This document shows, piece by piece, positions 8,433 to 18,666 of a stretch of 32,000 nt of DNA. Both the position numbers and the translations under genes were made by a program. The notes under the pieces were generated by a model. It saw only the letters and a list, made by a program, of their open reading frames with translations, was not told the DNA's origin and made no database searches. How positions within the stretch are numbered: position 1 is the stretch's first letter; each line of letters opens with the position of its first letter. The stretch is from Candidatus Saccharimonadota bacterium (lineage in GTDB: Archaea > Nanohalarchaeota > Nanosalinia > Nanosalinales > Nanosalinaceae), in contig NZ_CP180230.1 in the NCBI RefSeq assembly GCF_047555085.1, forward strand, positions 390,001 through 422,000. Reading direction: 5' to 3'.

Positions 8433-8556
8433 ACATGTCCTAATATTCTCCAAGTTCTCGCAAGACACTCCGGAAATAAGATTTTTGGATGGATTGGTAT
8501 AAAGAGGGAATTTTCGGCGAAAAAAAGTAAAAATTTCCTCCTATACAATTATTCTT

Positions 8557-8976
8557 GTGACCAAACAAGAGAAGGGAGACTTAAAACGTATAGAAAATAA
8601 TCTCACAGAGAATTTGAAGTATATCGAAAGGAAGAAGGATAATGGTTATCAGGACATATTTTTGAAATCTAAGTTAGATAGTCCCAGAGGTGATTATGGT
8701 CACGTAGAGATTTCTAAAAGTTCTGAAGGAGAGATAGAATTTGATGAACTCCATGTAGATCGTTATGAAGGCGAAAATAAATCCAAAGAGGTAATCTCGG
8801 ATTTTACTGTTGCAATTGTTCCAGATGGTTGTCAGCTTACTGTTGAAGATAGTGCAGGCAGCATAATTGATTCTATAGCTGAAATTCCTAAACAAAAAGA
8901 TGTGGAAAAAATTATATTGAAGGATAATGCTGTGGCATCAAAAGGTGGAGACTTAGCTGTATTTTTCCCTAAGTGA
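8557..8976 (+). CDS. hypothetical orphan protein in an AT-rich patch
   Basis: 139-aa ORF with a GTG start. It is visibly more A/T-rich and K-rich than its neighbours. No recognised motif. Confidence 0.4.
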   Translation: MTKQEKGDLKRIENNLTENLKYIERKKDNGYQDIFLKSKLDSPRGDYGHVEISKSSEGEIEFDELHVDRYEGENKSKEVISDFTVAIVPDGCQLTVEDSAGSIIDSIAEIPKQKDVEKIILKDNAVASKGGDLAVFFPK

Positions 8977-9017
8977 TTCCCTTTCTCCATAAAAGAATTC
9001 TTGAGTAAGGCCTTTTC

Positions 9018-10265
9018 ATGGATCTTCCAACTGTGAAGGAGAAAAGAGATAGTTTAATTGAAAACGAGGAGTTGTGTGATCACTGTCTTGGGCGTCAGTT
9101 CGCTAAGCTAGGGCATGGACTTGAGAATTATGAGAGAGGCCTTGTTGCCCGTGAAATTGATGATTTAACTGAGGATAGTTTTGTAGAGAGTAATGTTCCG
9201 GAAGAGGCCTCTGAGAAGCACAGGTGTGGATGCGAGTTCTGTGGTATTGTTTTTGATGAACTGGATCACTGGACTCAGTTAGTGATTGATTCTTTTGACC
9301 GGTATGAGTTGGAGACTTTTCTTGTCGGTATCAGGCCTCCTGAGGAAGTCGTTGCCAGTGAGGAAGAGTTGTGGAGTGAGTATGGTACGGAGTGGACTGA
9401 GCCGATCAAGACGGAACTTTCCCGTTTAATCGGAAAAAGAATTGAAGATAGGATGGATATAGTCGTTGACTTTGAACGAGCGGATATCATGGCTGTCGTG
9501 GATATGCGTGACGGGAAGGATCGTGTCGAGTTACAGGTAAATTCCGTTCTTATCTACGGCCAGTACAACAAGTATAGCCGGGAGATTCCGCAGACTGAGT
9601 GGCACTGCAGGAAGTGCAGAGGCAGTGGATGCGATGAGTGTGACTGGACCGGCAAGCAGTATCCGACAAGTGTACAGGAGGAGATCCAGGAGCCTTTTAT
9701 CCGGGAGTCGAAGGCTATAGAGGCCAAGTTCCACGGTGGTGGACGTGAAGATGTCGATGCGAAATGCTTCGGGAAAAGAGAGTTCGTCCTGGAGTTGATC
9801 GAGCCTTTGAATCGTGACCTGGATTTAGAGGCCTTGAAGAAGGAGGTAAATGAAGGTACGGATAAAGTTGAGATTTTCAACGTGGAGTTTACTCACAAGG
9901 ATAAGGCTGCTGATATCAAGCAGAAACACGCTGACAAAGAGTATCGTGCGCAGGTTGAGACTGAGGACGAAGTTTCTGAAGAGGCCTTGGAGAATATTTC
10001 AGAAGTAGTTGGCGTGATTGAGCAGGATACGCCGGAGAGAGTCGAACACAGAAGGGCGGACAAGACTCGGAAAAGAGAAGTTTACGAGGTTTCCTGGGAA
10101 GTTACAGGCCCGAAAAGTTTCGAGTTGACTGTCAAGGCTGAGGCCGGGACGTATATCAAGGAACTGATTCACGGCGATGAAGGACGGACGCAGCCGAATA
10201 TCTCGGATTTGATCGGTACTCAGGCGGAGTGTACTCAGCTGGATGTCACATGGGTTGAGAAGTAG
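9018..10265 (+). CDS. pus10: tRNA pseudouridine synthase Pus10
   Basis: N-terminal zinc-ribbon/THUMP region (CDHCLGRQF, CGCEFCG, CRKCRGSGCDEC). Catalytic-domain motifs FHGGGREDVDAKCFGKREFVLEL, VEHRRADKTRKREVY and GTYIKELIHGDEGRTQPNISDLIG. Confidence 0.85.
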   Translation: MDLPTVKEKRDSLIENEELCDHCLGRQFAKLGHGLENYERGLVAREIDDLTEDSFVESNVPEEASEKHRCGCEFCGIVFDELDHWTQLVIDSFDRYELETFLVGIRPPEEVVASEEELWSEYGTEWTEPIKTELSRLIGKRIEDRMDIVVDFERADIMAVVDMRDGKDRVELQVNSVLIYGQYNKYSREIPQTEWHCRKCRGSGCDECDWTGKQYPTSVQEEIQEPFIRESKAIEAKFHGGGREDVDAKCFGKREFVLELIEPLNRDLDLEALKKEVNEGTDKVEIFNVEFTHKDKAADIKQKHADKEYRAQVETEDEVSEEALENISEVVGVIEQDTPERVEHRRADKTRKREVYEVSWEVTGPKSFELTVKAEAGTYIKELIHGDEGRTQPNISDLIGTQAECTQLDVTWVEK

Positions 10266-10347
10266 ATCAGAGGCCTCTACTCGTTCGTATCGTCGCCGGG
10301 ACTAGGGCATAGTTAAAAAGATTTATCAACGATTTTAGTTCTATAAC

Positions 10348-10352
10348 GAGGT
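10348..10352 (+). promoter_or_regulatory. Shine-Dalgarno-like GAGGT upstream of rpl21e
   Basis: GAGGT lies 9 nt upstream of ATG 10362. An A/T-rich box (TTAAAAAGATTTATC) lies further upstream in the 96-nt spacer. Confidence 0.35.
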
Positions 10353-10361
10353 AAAACTAAT

Positions 10362-10652
10362 ATGGCACAGAAATCTCAGGGTTCCCAGCAGGGCGCAAGG
10401 AAGACACTGAAAAGAGATCGAAGACAGACGACTACTGTAAATGATAAGTTGAAGGAGTTTGAAGAAGGTGAGAAAGCTCTTGTGAAAGTTGATTCTTCAG
10501 TTCAGGAGTCCAGGCCTCACATGAGGTTCCACGGCAGAACAGGAGAAGTTGTAGGCAAGAGAGGACAGAGCTACGAAGTTGAGATCAAGGACGGTGGAAA
10601 GACGAAAACTCTTTTCCTTCATCCGGCGCATCTTCAGGAGATCGAGGGGTGA
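10362..10652 (+). CDS. rpl21e: ribosomal protein L21e
   Basis: 96 aa, basic N-terminus, SH3-like core. EGEKALVKVDSSVQESRPHMRFHGRTGEVVGKRGQSYEVEIKDGGKTKTLFLHPAHL matches the L21e pattern. Confidence 0.85.
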   Translation: MAQKSQGSQQGARKTLKRDRRQTTTVNDKLKEFEEGEKALVKVDSSVQESRPHMRFHGRTGEVVGKRGQSYEVEIKDGGKTKTLFLHPAHLQEIEG

Positions 10653-10659
10653 ATAGGTA

Positions 10660-10995
10660 ATGGAAATCAAAGATGAGGAGTTTGTCTATCCTGCAGAGGC
10701 CAAGGAGGCTCTTGAAGGGACTGATGAAGAAGAGAGATCTCACGAGCAGAAGATCGCTCTTGAGAACTTGACAAGACATCTGAAGATTTCCGATACCGGG
10801 ACTCTTGAAGAGCTTCATGATGAGCTTTCTGAGATAGAGGCCTTGAAGGACAAGCATATCTACAAGCTTCTGGAGGTTGTCCCTCAGCATGAATCAACTG
10901 TAAGGGCGATTTTCTCCAAGGAGCGTGTCCGACTTGATGATGAGGATGTCGAGAAGATTCTCGATATCTGTAGCTCCGTGGATGTAGAGGAGTAG
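10660..10995 (+). CDS. rpoF: DNA-directed RNA polymerase subunit F (Rpo4)
   Basis: 111 aa. The pattern AEAKEALE...LENLTRHLK...KLLEVVP...VRAIFSKERV matches archaeal RpoF. The conserved L21e-RpoF-DUF655-KsgA order supports the call. Confidence 0.6.
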   Translation: MEIKDEEFVYPAEAKEALEGTDEEERSHEQKIALENLTRHLKISDTGTLEELHDELSEIEALKDKHIYKLLEVVPQHESTVRAIFSKERVRLDDEDVEKILDICSSVDVEE

Positions 10996-11082
10996 GTTTT
11001 TAACTTCTCAGCAACGATTCTTACTATACGACGAGGCTGCTATACCGCAGCATTTTCCCAAAAAATAAGGTGAATACAAGAA

Positions 11083-11619
11083 ATGGCTGATAAAGACGAA
11101 CACGTACTGGTACTGGATTTCCTCGAGCACGGTCATCCTAACGACAGGGATGACAGAGTTGCACAGGGAATAGGAAAAGATAATTACACGCTTCTAGAAG
11201 TAGTTATGAGAGAGGATGAGAGGCCTAAAGGAGGCGAAGAACTTTACATTGGAGAAGGAGACAGGCCTAGAGTAGAGTTCATCAAGAGAAGAATCGACTA
11301 CGACGACTTGACAGGAAGCGCACAGAGCGAACTGAAGTATGTGCTTCAGGAGCTTATCAGCGATAAAGAAGACGAGTTCGTGGAATTCTTCAATGAGGCG
11401 ACTCCTGTAACACCGAGAAGACATGCTTTTGAGCTTCTTCCGGGTATTGGAACGAAGCACATGAGAGCTTTGCTGGATGAGAGGGAGAAAAATGATTTCG
11501 AGAGCTTTGAAGATATAAAGGAGAGAGTTCCGTCAATCCCTGATCCTGAGAAGACGATTAGAGATAGAGTAAGGAATGAGTTAAAGGGGGAGACGAAGAA
11601 CAAGCTCTTCGTCCACTAA
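11083..11619 (+). CDS. DUF655-family putative RNA-binding protein (OB fold plus helix-hairpin-helix)
   Basis: N-terminal VLVLDFLEHGHPNDRD...AQGIGKDNYTLLEVV and a C-terminal LLPGIGTKHMRALLDERE HhH-like segment. It occupies the conserved position between rpoF and ksgA. Confidence 0.65.
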   Translation: MADKDEHVLVLDFLEHGHPNDRDDRVAQGIGKDNYTLLEVVMREDERPKGGEELYIGEGDRPRVEFIKRRIDYDDLTGSAQSELKYVLQELISDKEDEFVEFFNEATPVTPRRHAFELLPGIGTKHMRALLDEREKNDFESFEDIKERVPSIPDPEKTIRDRVRNELKGETKNKLFVH

Positions 11620-11649
11620 AAATCTTTCATTTTCTTGTAGATTTTCTCT

Positions 11650-12444
11650 GTGATTGAATTGGATACTACTGAAAGACTTCAGGAGCTTGGGATCAAGCCT
11701 GTGGGCGGCCAGCACTTCCTTGATTCGGAGATAGGCCTTGAAACTTTTCTGGAGCAGCTTGATACAGCAGGAAAGACTGTACTGGAGATTGGTGCAGGAA
11801 CAGGAAATATCACTGAAAGGATTGAAGCGGAGAAAATCTTTGCCGTTGAGAAAGATACTGTTCTTGCGGAAGGCCTGGAAGAAGAGCTGGACTGCGAGGT
11901 AATCAACGAGGACTTTCTGGAGATGGAAATTCCAGACGGCGTCGAGTATCTTACAGGAAATCTTCCGTTTGAGATAAGCTCCGATATACTTGAGAAGGCA
12001 GGCAAGGCCCAGCTGCCGTCAGTTTTCATCGTACAGGAGGAATTCGCTGATAAAGTAGTGGCCTCTCCAGGAGATCCTGACTACAATTTTTTCTCTTTCA
12101 AGATCAACTATTATTTCGTACCTGTCAAGGCAGGAGTTATAGCATCAGGGAATTATTATCCGGAGCCAGAGGTATCGACAGCGATCCTGAAGCTTTTCCC
12201 GAACAAGGAAAGACACGGAGTAGAAGACGATGAGGCCTTACTGGATTTCGCAAAAGCATTGTACACTCACAAGGGCAAAAAGCTCAGAAACGCTTTCGTT
12301 GATGCAAGGCACATGCTGGATATTTCAAAGGATGATGCCAAAGACTTGAGGGATAAGCTTCCGAATTCTGAAAAACGTGTAAACGAACTGGAGGTCTTTG
12401 AGATGGCAGAGGCTCTTGAAGAGTTCAGAAGTAAAAATAATTAA
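11650..12444 (+). CDS. rsmA: 16S rRNA (adenine-N6,N6)-dimethyltransferase KsgA/Dim1
   Basis: GQHFLDS, the SAM motif VLEIGAGTGNIT, and the NLPFEISS motif. GTG start. Confidence 0.85.
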   Translation: MIELDTTERLQELGIKPVGGQHFLDSEIGLETFLEQLDTAGKTVLEIGAGTGNITERIEAEKIFAVEKDTVLAEGLEEELDCEVINEDFLEMEIPDGVEYLTGNLPFEISSDILEKAGKAQLPSVFIVQEEFADKVVASPGDPDYNFFSFKINYYFVPVKAGVIASGNYYPEPEVSTAILKLFPNKERHGVEDDEALLDFAKALYTHKGKKLRNAFVDARHMLDISKDDAKDLRDKLPNSEKRVNELEVFEMAEALEEFRSKNN

Positions 12445-12468
12445 GTAGGCCTCCAAAAATAGTATCCT

Positions 12469-12780
12469 ATGAAGAAGCTTCTTGTCGTACTCATGTTCGC
12501 TGTAGCGGCTTTTTCCGCACCTGCAGCTGCAGAGGAAACTATAAATCTCAACGTAAACTTTGATTTCTCCGGAATATTCGGAGGAGACGATAAAGCAAAC
12601 GATCAAGAGAAAGAGAACAATACCTACGGCGAGAGAGTAGGCGGACAGTCAGTCCATACAGAGACAGAGCCCAGCACCGCAGAAGTCGGGAAAAACAACG
12701 ATGACTTCCAGATAACTGAAGACACCAGTGAGAAGAAAGGCTTCTTGGAGAAAATTTTTGGGCCTCTAGGCCTCTTCTAG
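12469..12780 (+). CDS. small secreted acidic protein
   Basis: 103 aa. Signal peptide MKKLLVVLMFAVAAFSAPAAAEE followed by a low-complexity acidic body. Confidence 0.5.
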   Translation: MKKLLVVLMFAVAAFSAPAAAEETINLNVNFDFSGIFGGDDKANDQEKENNTYGERVGGQSVHTETEPSTAEVGKNNDDFQITEDTSEKKGFLEKIFGPLGLF

Positions 12781-12868
12781 AAAATTTTTATCCTGGAAAC
12801 TCAGAGATTGTTAGCCTCCACGAAAATTTTTCTGCAGGTTATTTATTTTTCAAGGTTTGAGTTTCGTT

Positions 12869-14434
12869 ATGCCGAAGTGGATTTTTGTCACGGGAGGAGT
12901 TCTTTCAGGCCTGGGAAAAGGCCTTGTCTCAGCAAGTGTTTCAAAACTTTTACAGCTAAGAGGCCAGGAGATCACGCCGGTAAAATGTGACGGGTATCTC
13001 AACGTTGATCCCGGCACGATGAATCCTCATGAACACGGAGAGGTTTTCGTCCTCGAGGACGGCACAGAGGTCGATATGGATTTTGGACACTATGAAAGAT
13101 TTCTCGGTATAGAGGCCTCCGGTGACTGGAACTTGACATCTGGAAAGATTTTTCAGGAAGTTATAGAGAAAGAGAGGCGTGGAGAGTATCTCGGCAAGAC
13201 TGTGCAGATGGTGCCTCACGTCACTGACAATATAAAGAAACATTTCAGGGAAAGTGCTGAGGAAAGCGATGCCGATGTTGTTATAGTTGAAGTAGGAGGT
13301 ACTGTCGGCGATATGGAGAATCAGTTCTATCTGGAAGCTGTAAGACAGATGAGAAACGATCTTCCGGACTCTGAAACTTTCCTGATACATACTACGCTCG
13401 TGCCGTATCTTGAGACTGTTGGAGAGCAGAAGACAAAGCCGACACAGCACTCCGTAAAGGAATTGAGGGAGCTAGGCCTTGCTCCGGATATGGTTGTCGG
13501 AAGAAGCGAAGACGAGCTTGTTGAGACATCCAGAGAGAAAATTTCTCTTTTCTGCGATGTTCCGGAAGAAGCTGTTATATCCGATCCAAATCTGGAGACA
13601 GTCTACCAGCTGCCGCTTGTATTCGATGAACAGAACGTTGATTCGTTTATAGCCGATAGACTGGATCTCCCTGAGAGAAGTAGAGGCCTCCAGGAATGGA
13701 ATGAGAAAGTAAAGAATCTGGAAAAAGATACTGTGGCAAGGATCGCTCTATGCGGGAAGTATACGGAGATGGATGATTCCTATGCCTCTATAGAGGAAGC
13801 CCTTAAGCATTCAGCTGTCGAGCTCGGAGGCTCCGTCGAGATTGAACAGATTGATACCGAAGAGTTCTCGCCAGAACTTCTGGAAGGATTCGACGGCGTT
13901 ATAATCCCTGGAGGATTCGGTGCACGAGGTGTAGAGGGCAAGATAGATGCGATAAACTACTGTCGTACAAACAACGTGCCGATACTTGGCATATGTTATG
14001 GCCTCCAGTTGATGACTGTAGAATACGCAAGGAACGTTTTAGGCCTTGATGCAGCGTCCGAAGAGTTCGATGAAGATGCCGAAGATCTCGTTGTCAAGGA
14101 GATGACGGACCAGAAGCATATAGAGAAGAAAGGAGGAACTATGCGTCTCGGAGCATACAGTGCAGAAGTCGAAGGCCTTGTAAAAGAAATTTATGGAGAA
14201 GAAAAAATCTCTGAGAGGCACAGGCATCGTTTCGAGGTGAATCCGGAGTATGAGGAGCAGCTTGAGCAGGAAGGCCTGAAAATTTCCGGGAGAAATCCAA
14301 AGCTAGGCCTTGCAGAGTTCATAGAGCTGCCGGATCACAGATTTTTTGTCGGCACTCAGGCCCATCCGGAGTTCACATCCAGCTTTGAAAATCCGAATCC
14401 TCTGTATCTTGAGTTCCTGAGATCCTGTGCATGA
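12869..14434 (+). CDS. pyrG: CTP synthase
   Basis: MPKWIFVTGGVLSGLGKG N-terminus (ATG 12869; the TTG at 12857 in the ORF track is probably too early). Synthase domain followed by a GATase domain with ILGICYGLQ and HPEF. Confidence 0.95.
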   Translation: MPKWIFVTGGVLSGLGKGLVSASVSKLLQLRGQEITPVKCDGYLNVDPGTMNPHEHGEVFVLEDGTEVDMDFGHYERFLGIEASGDWNLTSGKIFQEVIEKERRGEYLGKTVQMVPHVTDNIKKHFRESAEESDADVVIVEVGGTVGDMENQFYLEAVRQMRNDLPDSETFLIHTTLVPYLETVGEQKTKPTQHSVKELRELGLAPDMVVGRSEDELVETSREKISLFCDVPEEAVISDPNLETVYQLPLVFDEQNVDSFIADRLDLPERSRGLQEWNEKVKNLEKDTVARIALCGKYTEMDDSYASIEEALKHSAVELGGSVEIEQIDTEEFSPELLEGFDGVIIPGGFGARGVEGKIDAINYCRTNNVPILGICYGLQLMTVEYARNVLGLDAASEEFDEDAEDLVVKEMTDQKHIEKKGGTMRLGAYSAEVEGLVKEIYGEEKISERHRHRFEVNPEYEEQLEQEGLKISGRNPKLGLAEFIELPDHRFFVGTQAHPEFTSSFENPNPLYLEFLRSCA

Positions 14435-14949
14435 GTGTATATCGTCCTGGCCGGGACTCTTATCTTCTGGCCTCTGTCATCGAAGAGAAGAATCTTGAAG
14501 GCCTGAACTGTCTGGAGATAGGTACAGGATCCGGCTTTCTGGCGGAGAAAATGCTGGAACAGGGCGCTCAAAAAGTTGTGGCTGTGGATATAAATCCTGA
14601 AGCCGTGGAAGAGGCCTCCCGACGTCTTTCAGAGTATGATAATGCAGAGATTTTTTCCAGCGATATGTTTGATGAAGTAAGCGGTGTCTTCGATATTATA
14701 CTGTTTAATCCGCCTTATCTTCCGGATGAGGAATCTGAAATCGGTGATGAGGAGATCTGGGCAGGCGGTGAGAAAGGTGTAGAAGTGACGGAAAAATTTG
14801 TCAGCCAGGCCTCTGATTATCTCACAGAGAATGGAGAGGCCTTTTTCGTGGCCAGTTCTCTGGCAGATATTGAATCTTTCGGTGATTTTGAGGTTGTTTC
14901 CTCGGAGAAGTTGTGGTTTGAGGAGCTTTACGTCATGAAATTCGAGTAA
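14431..14949 (+). CDS. HemK/Mtq2-like N5-glutamine (NPPY) methyltransferase
   Basis: VYRPGRDSYLL, the SAM motif LEIGTGSGFLA, and ILFNPPYLP. The start overlaps the pyrG stop (ATGA), which implies translational coupling. Confidence 0.75.
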   Translation: MSVYRPGRDSYLLASVIEEKNLEGLNCLEIGTGSGFLAEKMLEQGAQKVVAVDINPEAVEEASRRLSEYDNAEIFSSDMFDEVSGVFDIILFNPPYLPDEESEIGDEEIWAGGEKGVEVTEKFVSQASDYLTENGEAFFVASSLADIESFGDFEVVSSEKLWFEELYVMKFE

Positions 14950-14982
14950 TTTTTTTTAACGTAGCAGCCTCTACTTTATTGT

Positions 14983-17900
14983 ATGTGTAAATTTTTGGAA
15001 AAAGTGACTTTGATTTCGCTGTTTTTCGTTGTACTGGTTTCATCTTCAGTTGCAGTGTTTTCTATCGAAACCACAGATGGAGAGTTCGATTACAATGATG
15101 TTTCTCCTGATTCACAGTCTGTACAGGTTGTAAGGCTTGTTGACGGAACTGATGAGCCTGTTAATCAGTCCAGACTGGATAACAATACTGCGTTAAGCTT
15201 CAGGTACAGTTACAACGGAACTTTCTATGACATGGAGCATCTTACCGATGGTTTCTACTTCGCAGAGGTTCCGACTAATTCTACAGGACGGCATGTTTAC
15301 TATGAGCTTGTTGATAACTCTCCGACTACAGGAGGAACTGTTAACGCTTCGGAGGAGCTTGAAGCCGGTGATCTTGATGTAGATGTTAACAGCAGTTTCT
15401 CTGGAACTTTTGAGGCCGGTGAGGAAGTTGAACTTCGTGTTGAAGTGGAAAATCTTGGCCAGTACTACGCTGTTGACTCTGATGGATCTGGTGGAGTGAC
15501 TGATGGAGATGTCTTCGTCATAGATTCTGGTGGAGATGGAACTTTTTCCGCAGAGGAGGATGATCTTGTTGCAGGAAAGAGGCCTGATAACGCGGTTTCT
15601 CTGACGTCTGGTAATCCGTGGAACGGTGTTTCACATCCTGTTTCCCTGAATGATTCCACTTCCGGGAACAGCTGGGATGACAGTAATGATATAATTGTAG
15701 TTGACAGGCACAGCGGCGGAACAGTATCGGTAGAGGCCGACGAAGTAATAAACTCTGGAGATGATTCGGCTGTGGATACTGTTGCGGGACAGGAATTGAG
15801 GCCTATGGATGAGATAAGGGACTCTGTGTATTTTGTTTCCGACAGCGGAGATATCAGTCAGGGCGATGAAGTTGTATATGATAACGATACTGATGGGATC
15901 TATACTTCAAGGCCTGATGAAGTTATAGTCGGCAACGAGCCTGTTGAAGGGAATCAGATCACTTCCTCGAACTCTGCTCCGAGTCAGATGGAGTTGAGTT
16001 CCTATGATTCGAACAACGGGAATGACTGGGCTGCTGGAGAAGATCTTATCGCAAGAGATTTCGACGATGATGGCCAGTACACTGCCAGAGCTGATGATAT
16101 TATGGCAGGAGATGAGCCTCCTGAGGGAGCTAATCTTCAGACAGGATCTGTGGAGGCCTGGGAGGACGGTAATACTGCTGTCCCTAATCCGGGGGATGTA
16201 GAGGCCTACGATAATACTTCCGGTGATGACTGGAATCCTTCTGTTGATGCTATCTGGCTTGAGACAAGCAGTGATAATAATGGTTTTACGCAGGGAGAGG
16301 ATGTTGCTCTGGCTGGAAATCCGACTGATGGTCTGGTGGCAACTGAGCCGGTGAATCAGTTTAATCAGTGGACTTCTGTTTCCGCTTACCGTGGAAGCGA
16401 TGGCGATCAGTTTGACATCGATCAGGACGGTATTATCCGTGATTACAGAGGCGGAGGTACTTACTCTGAGCAGTCTGATACCATAGTCACAGGCTCCATA
16501 CCTCAGAATTTCCAGGAGGGAACGTCTTATACTACTACACAGGGATTTGATGATGACTGGACTCTTGATGTTATCAATCCTTTCGAGCAGGGAGCATGGG
16601 ACTCAAATCAGGATACTATCCTTTTCGACTTCAATGATGGAGGTACTTACTCCGAGAGATCGGATCAGATCATCAATCACGGTGGTTCGAACGATGCCAG
16701 CGGCGGAGAGGAGCTTCACAGGCTGAACTCTGTCTCGCAGCAGGATATCATGTGGGCAGATCTCAACGGGAACGGCAGATACGATGCCGGAGATGAAATA
16801 TTCAGAGATCTTGATGGAGATGGACAGTACACCAACCAGTCAGACATACATCTTGCAGGTACTTCTCCAAGCACGGCAGGAGCTGGAACAGGCCTTCAGA
16901 CATCGAATCCATGGGGAGAAGATGATATGCCTGTACTTTTCCGTAATATGAATTCTGATGGAGAAACATGGAATGGATCACAAGACAGCATAATCCATGA
17001 CTTGGATTCCGACGGCGCTTTCACTTCTCAACAGGATACTATCGTTGAGGGAGAGGCCTCTGAAGTTTCAGCAGGCCAGCAGCTGATTTCTACGGATAGA
17101 GATGACTTTGCAAGTCCTGATGTGACTGTATACATAACGAATGGAAACTTTTCCACGGGAATATTTGAACTGGGCAGGGAGCCTGACGGCGACTTTGTTA
17201 ACACGATCGAGATTCCGGAGTACTACGGTGCCAACATGGTGACCCAGTTCAAGGCGGAAACTCCTAGAGGAGGCCTAGTTGGATCAGAGTCACGTGTTAT
17301 AGAGACAAGGAAACGTGGCATAGGATTTGAGGCCCAGTCCGATCTTGATTTCCGTGCAAGGAGGGCAGGAATCTATACTGAGAATATCACTCTTGAGAAT
17401 ATACTTGATACGGAAAACGAGATACATGTGGAGGCCTCTGAAAGCCTTGAAGATATAGTGGAGTTCGAGGATGAGACTGTAACTATAGATCCTGGAGCTG
17501 AAGAAAATGTCTCAGTTGACTTCAATGTTACGCCTGCAGGGGATTACAGCGGAGATATAATTTTCACAGAGAACTCTACAGGAGAGACTGATGACACAGA
17601 AGTGGATATTGAAGGCCCGACGTGCATCGAAAGAACTGAGACTTTCTGTTCATCACAGTCAGGCTGGATGAATGTTACTATGGAGGAGAGAGGTAATACT
17701 ACCAAAGAGTTTACTCTTGACAGCATCTGGAGAGAAGATGAGGCCGTTGCAGTCCAGATAGCTGTGGAGGGGGATATCCGCCAGTATCTTTCTCTTTCAC
17801 ACACAGATATAGAGCTTGAAGATACACAGACAGTGACTGTAGAGTACAGTGCACAGGATCCTGGAGTATACACCGGGAATATAGAAATATCTTCTGGAGG

Positions 17901-18666
17901 AGAATCACTGTCGATACCGGTAGGCCTCAATTCAAGTGTCAAGCAGCTTGAGACAGGTATGGACGCAAGTCCTGTCGAATTTGACTTCGGTGCAGTTCCT
18001 GAAGGAAACGATGTTTCCGACAGAATAACTTTGGAGAACACCGGAACACTTGAACTCAGCGACTTCAACATTTCATCTCAGGACTACAGCCTCAACGCTG
18101 ACTCGATAGAAAGTATAGCGCCGGGAGAATCAACTCAGACAGACTTCACAATCGAGGAGCCGCAGGATCAGCAGGGCCAGTTCACAATAGAGGCCTCCAG
18201 TGAGCAACAGAATGTATCACAGATATTCACTGTTTCCATGAGTCTTGTAACTCCGGTAGAAGACATGAAACAGGAGATAAGAGATAGAGTAAGCGATCTG
18301 AGAAGAAGAGCTAACTCCACACAGGTGCAGAACAATCTTGTCGAAGTTGAATCAGATATCAGCAGTATACAGACTTCATGGGATAGAGGGGATTACAGTA
18401 CGGCTCAGGAAACTTATCAGGCCTCTATCTCAGAGCTTAACAGCATAGAGACTACGGTACAGGCCAATAATCAGGATACTGGTGGAAGTGGGCCTTCACA
18501 GCCAACTGATCCATCAGGCTCTGATTCATCTGAATCCGGTGGAGCAGGATTCCTGATATTTGCGTTTGTGCTGTTGCTTCTTCTGGGAGCAGGATTTGTA
18601 GTGTACACAAGTTACTATCCTGAGGAAGGAGATCCACTGTACGAGGTTCTTGGTGATAAAGAATGA
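14983..18666 (+). CDS. large anchored cell-surface protein: signal peptide, about 9 Ca-binding FG-GAP-like repeats, 3 Ig-like domains, coiled-coil stalk, S/T/P/G linker, C-terminal TM anchor
   Basis: 1227 aa. N-terminal hydrophobic VTLISLFFVVLVSSSVAVFS. Repeated DxDGxYT...D.I.AG motifs. Ig-like segments such as FDFGAVPEGNDVSDRITLENTGTLEL. C-terminal GGSGPSQPTDPSGSDSSESGGAGFLIFAFVLLLLLGAGFVVY. Confidence 0.85.
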   Translation: MCKFLEKVTLISLFFVVLVSSSVAVFSIETTDGEFDYNDVSPDSQSVQVVRLVDGTDEPVNQSRLDNNTALSFRYSYNGTFYDMEHLTDGFYFAEVPTNSTGRHVYYELVDNSPTTGGTVNASEELEAGDLDVDVNSSFSGTFEAGEEVELRVEVENLGQYYAVDSDGSGGVTDGDVFVIDSGGDGTFSAEEDDLVAGKRPDNAVSLTSGNPWNGVSHPVSLNDSTSGNSWDDSNDIIVVDRHSGGTVSVEADEVINSGDDSAVDTVAGQELRPMDEIRDSVYFVSDSGDISQGDEVVYDNDTDGIYTSRPDEVIVGNEPVEGNQITSSNSAPSQMELSSYDSNNGNDWAAGEDLIARDFDDDGQYTARADDIMAGDEPPEGANLQTGSVEAWEDGNTAVPNPGDVEAYDNTSGDDWNPSVDAIWLETSSDNNGFTQGEDVALAGNPTDGLVATEPVNQFNQWTSVSAYRGSDGDQFDIDQDGIIRDYRGGGTYSEQSDTIVTGSIPQNFQEGTSYTTTQGFDDDWTLDVINPFEQGAWDSNQDTILFDFNDGGTYSERSDQIINHGGSNDASGGEELHRLNSVSQQDIMWADLNGNGRYDAGDEIFRDLDGDGQYTNQSDIHLAGTSPSTAGAGTGLQTSNPWGEDDMPVLFRNMNSDGETWNGSQDSIIHDLDSDGAFTSQQDTIVEGEASEVSAGQQLISTDRDDFASPDVTVYITNGNFSTGIFELGREPDGDFVNTIEIPEYYGANMVTQFKAETPRGGLVGSESRVIETRKRGIGFEAQSDLDFRARRAGIYTENITLENILDTENEIHVEASESLEDIVEFEDETVTIDPGAEENVSVDFNVTPAGDYSGDIIFTENSTGETDDTEVDIEGPTCIERTETFCSSQSGWMNVTMEERGNTTKEFTLDSIWREDEAVAVQIAVEGDIRQYLSLSHTDIELEDTQTVTVEYSAQDPGVYTGNIEISSGGESLSIPVGLNSSVKQLETGMDASPVEFDFGAVPEGNDVSDRITLENTGTLELSDFNISSQDYSLNADSIESIAPGESTQTDFTIEEPQDQQGQFTIEASSEQQNVSQIFTVSMSLVTPVEDMKQEIRDRVSDLRRRANSTQVQNNLVEVESDISSIQTSWDRGDYSTAQETYQASISELNSIETTVQANNQDTGGSGPSQPTDPSGSDSSESGGAGFLIFAFVLLLLLGAGFVVYTSYYPEEGDPLYEVLGDKE
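15475..17057 (+). repeat. about nine degenerate coding repeats of about 60-70 aa (FG-GAP / calcium-loop-like) inside the surface protein
   Basis: Recurrent motifs: DSGGDGTFSAEEDDLVAG, DNDTDGIYTSRPDEVIVGNEP, DFDDDGQYTARADDIMAGDEP, YRGGGTYSEQSDTIVTGS, FNDGGTYSERSDQIINHG, DLDGDGQYTNQSDIHLAGTSP and DLDSDGAFTSQQDTIVEGE. Confidence 0.6.
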
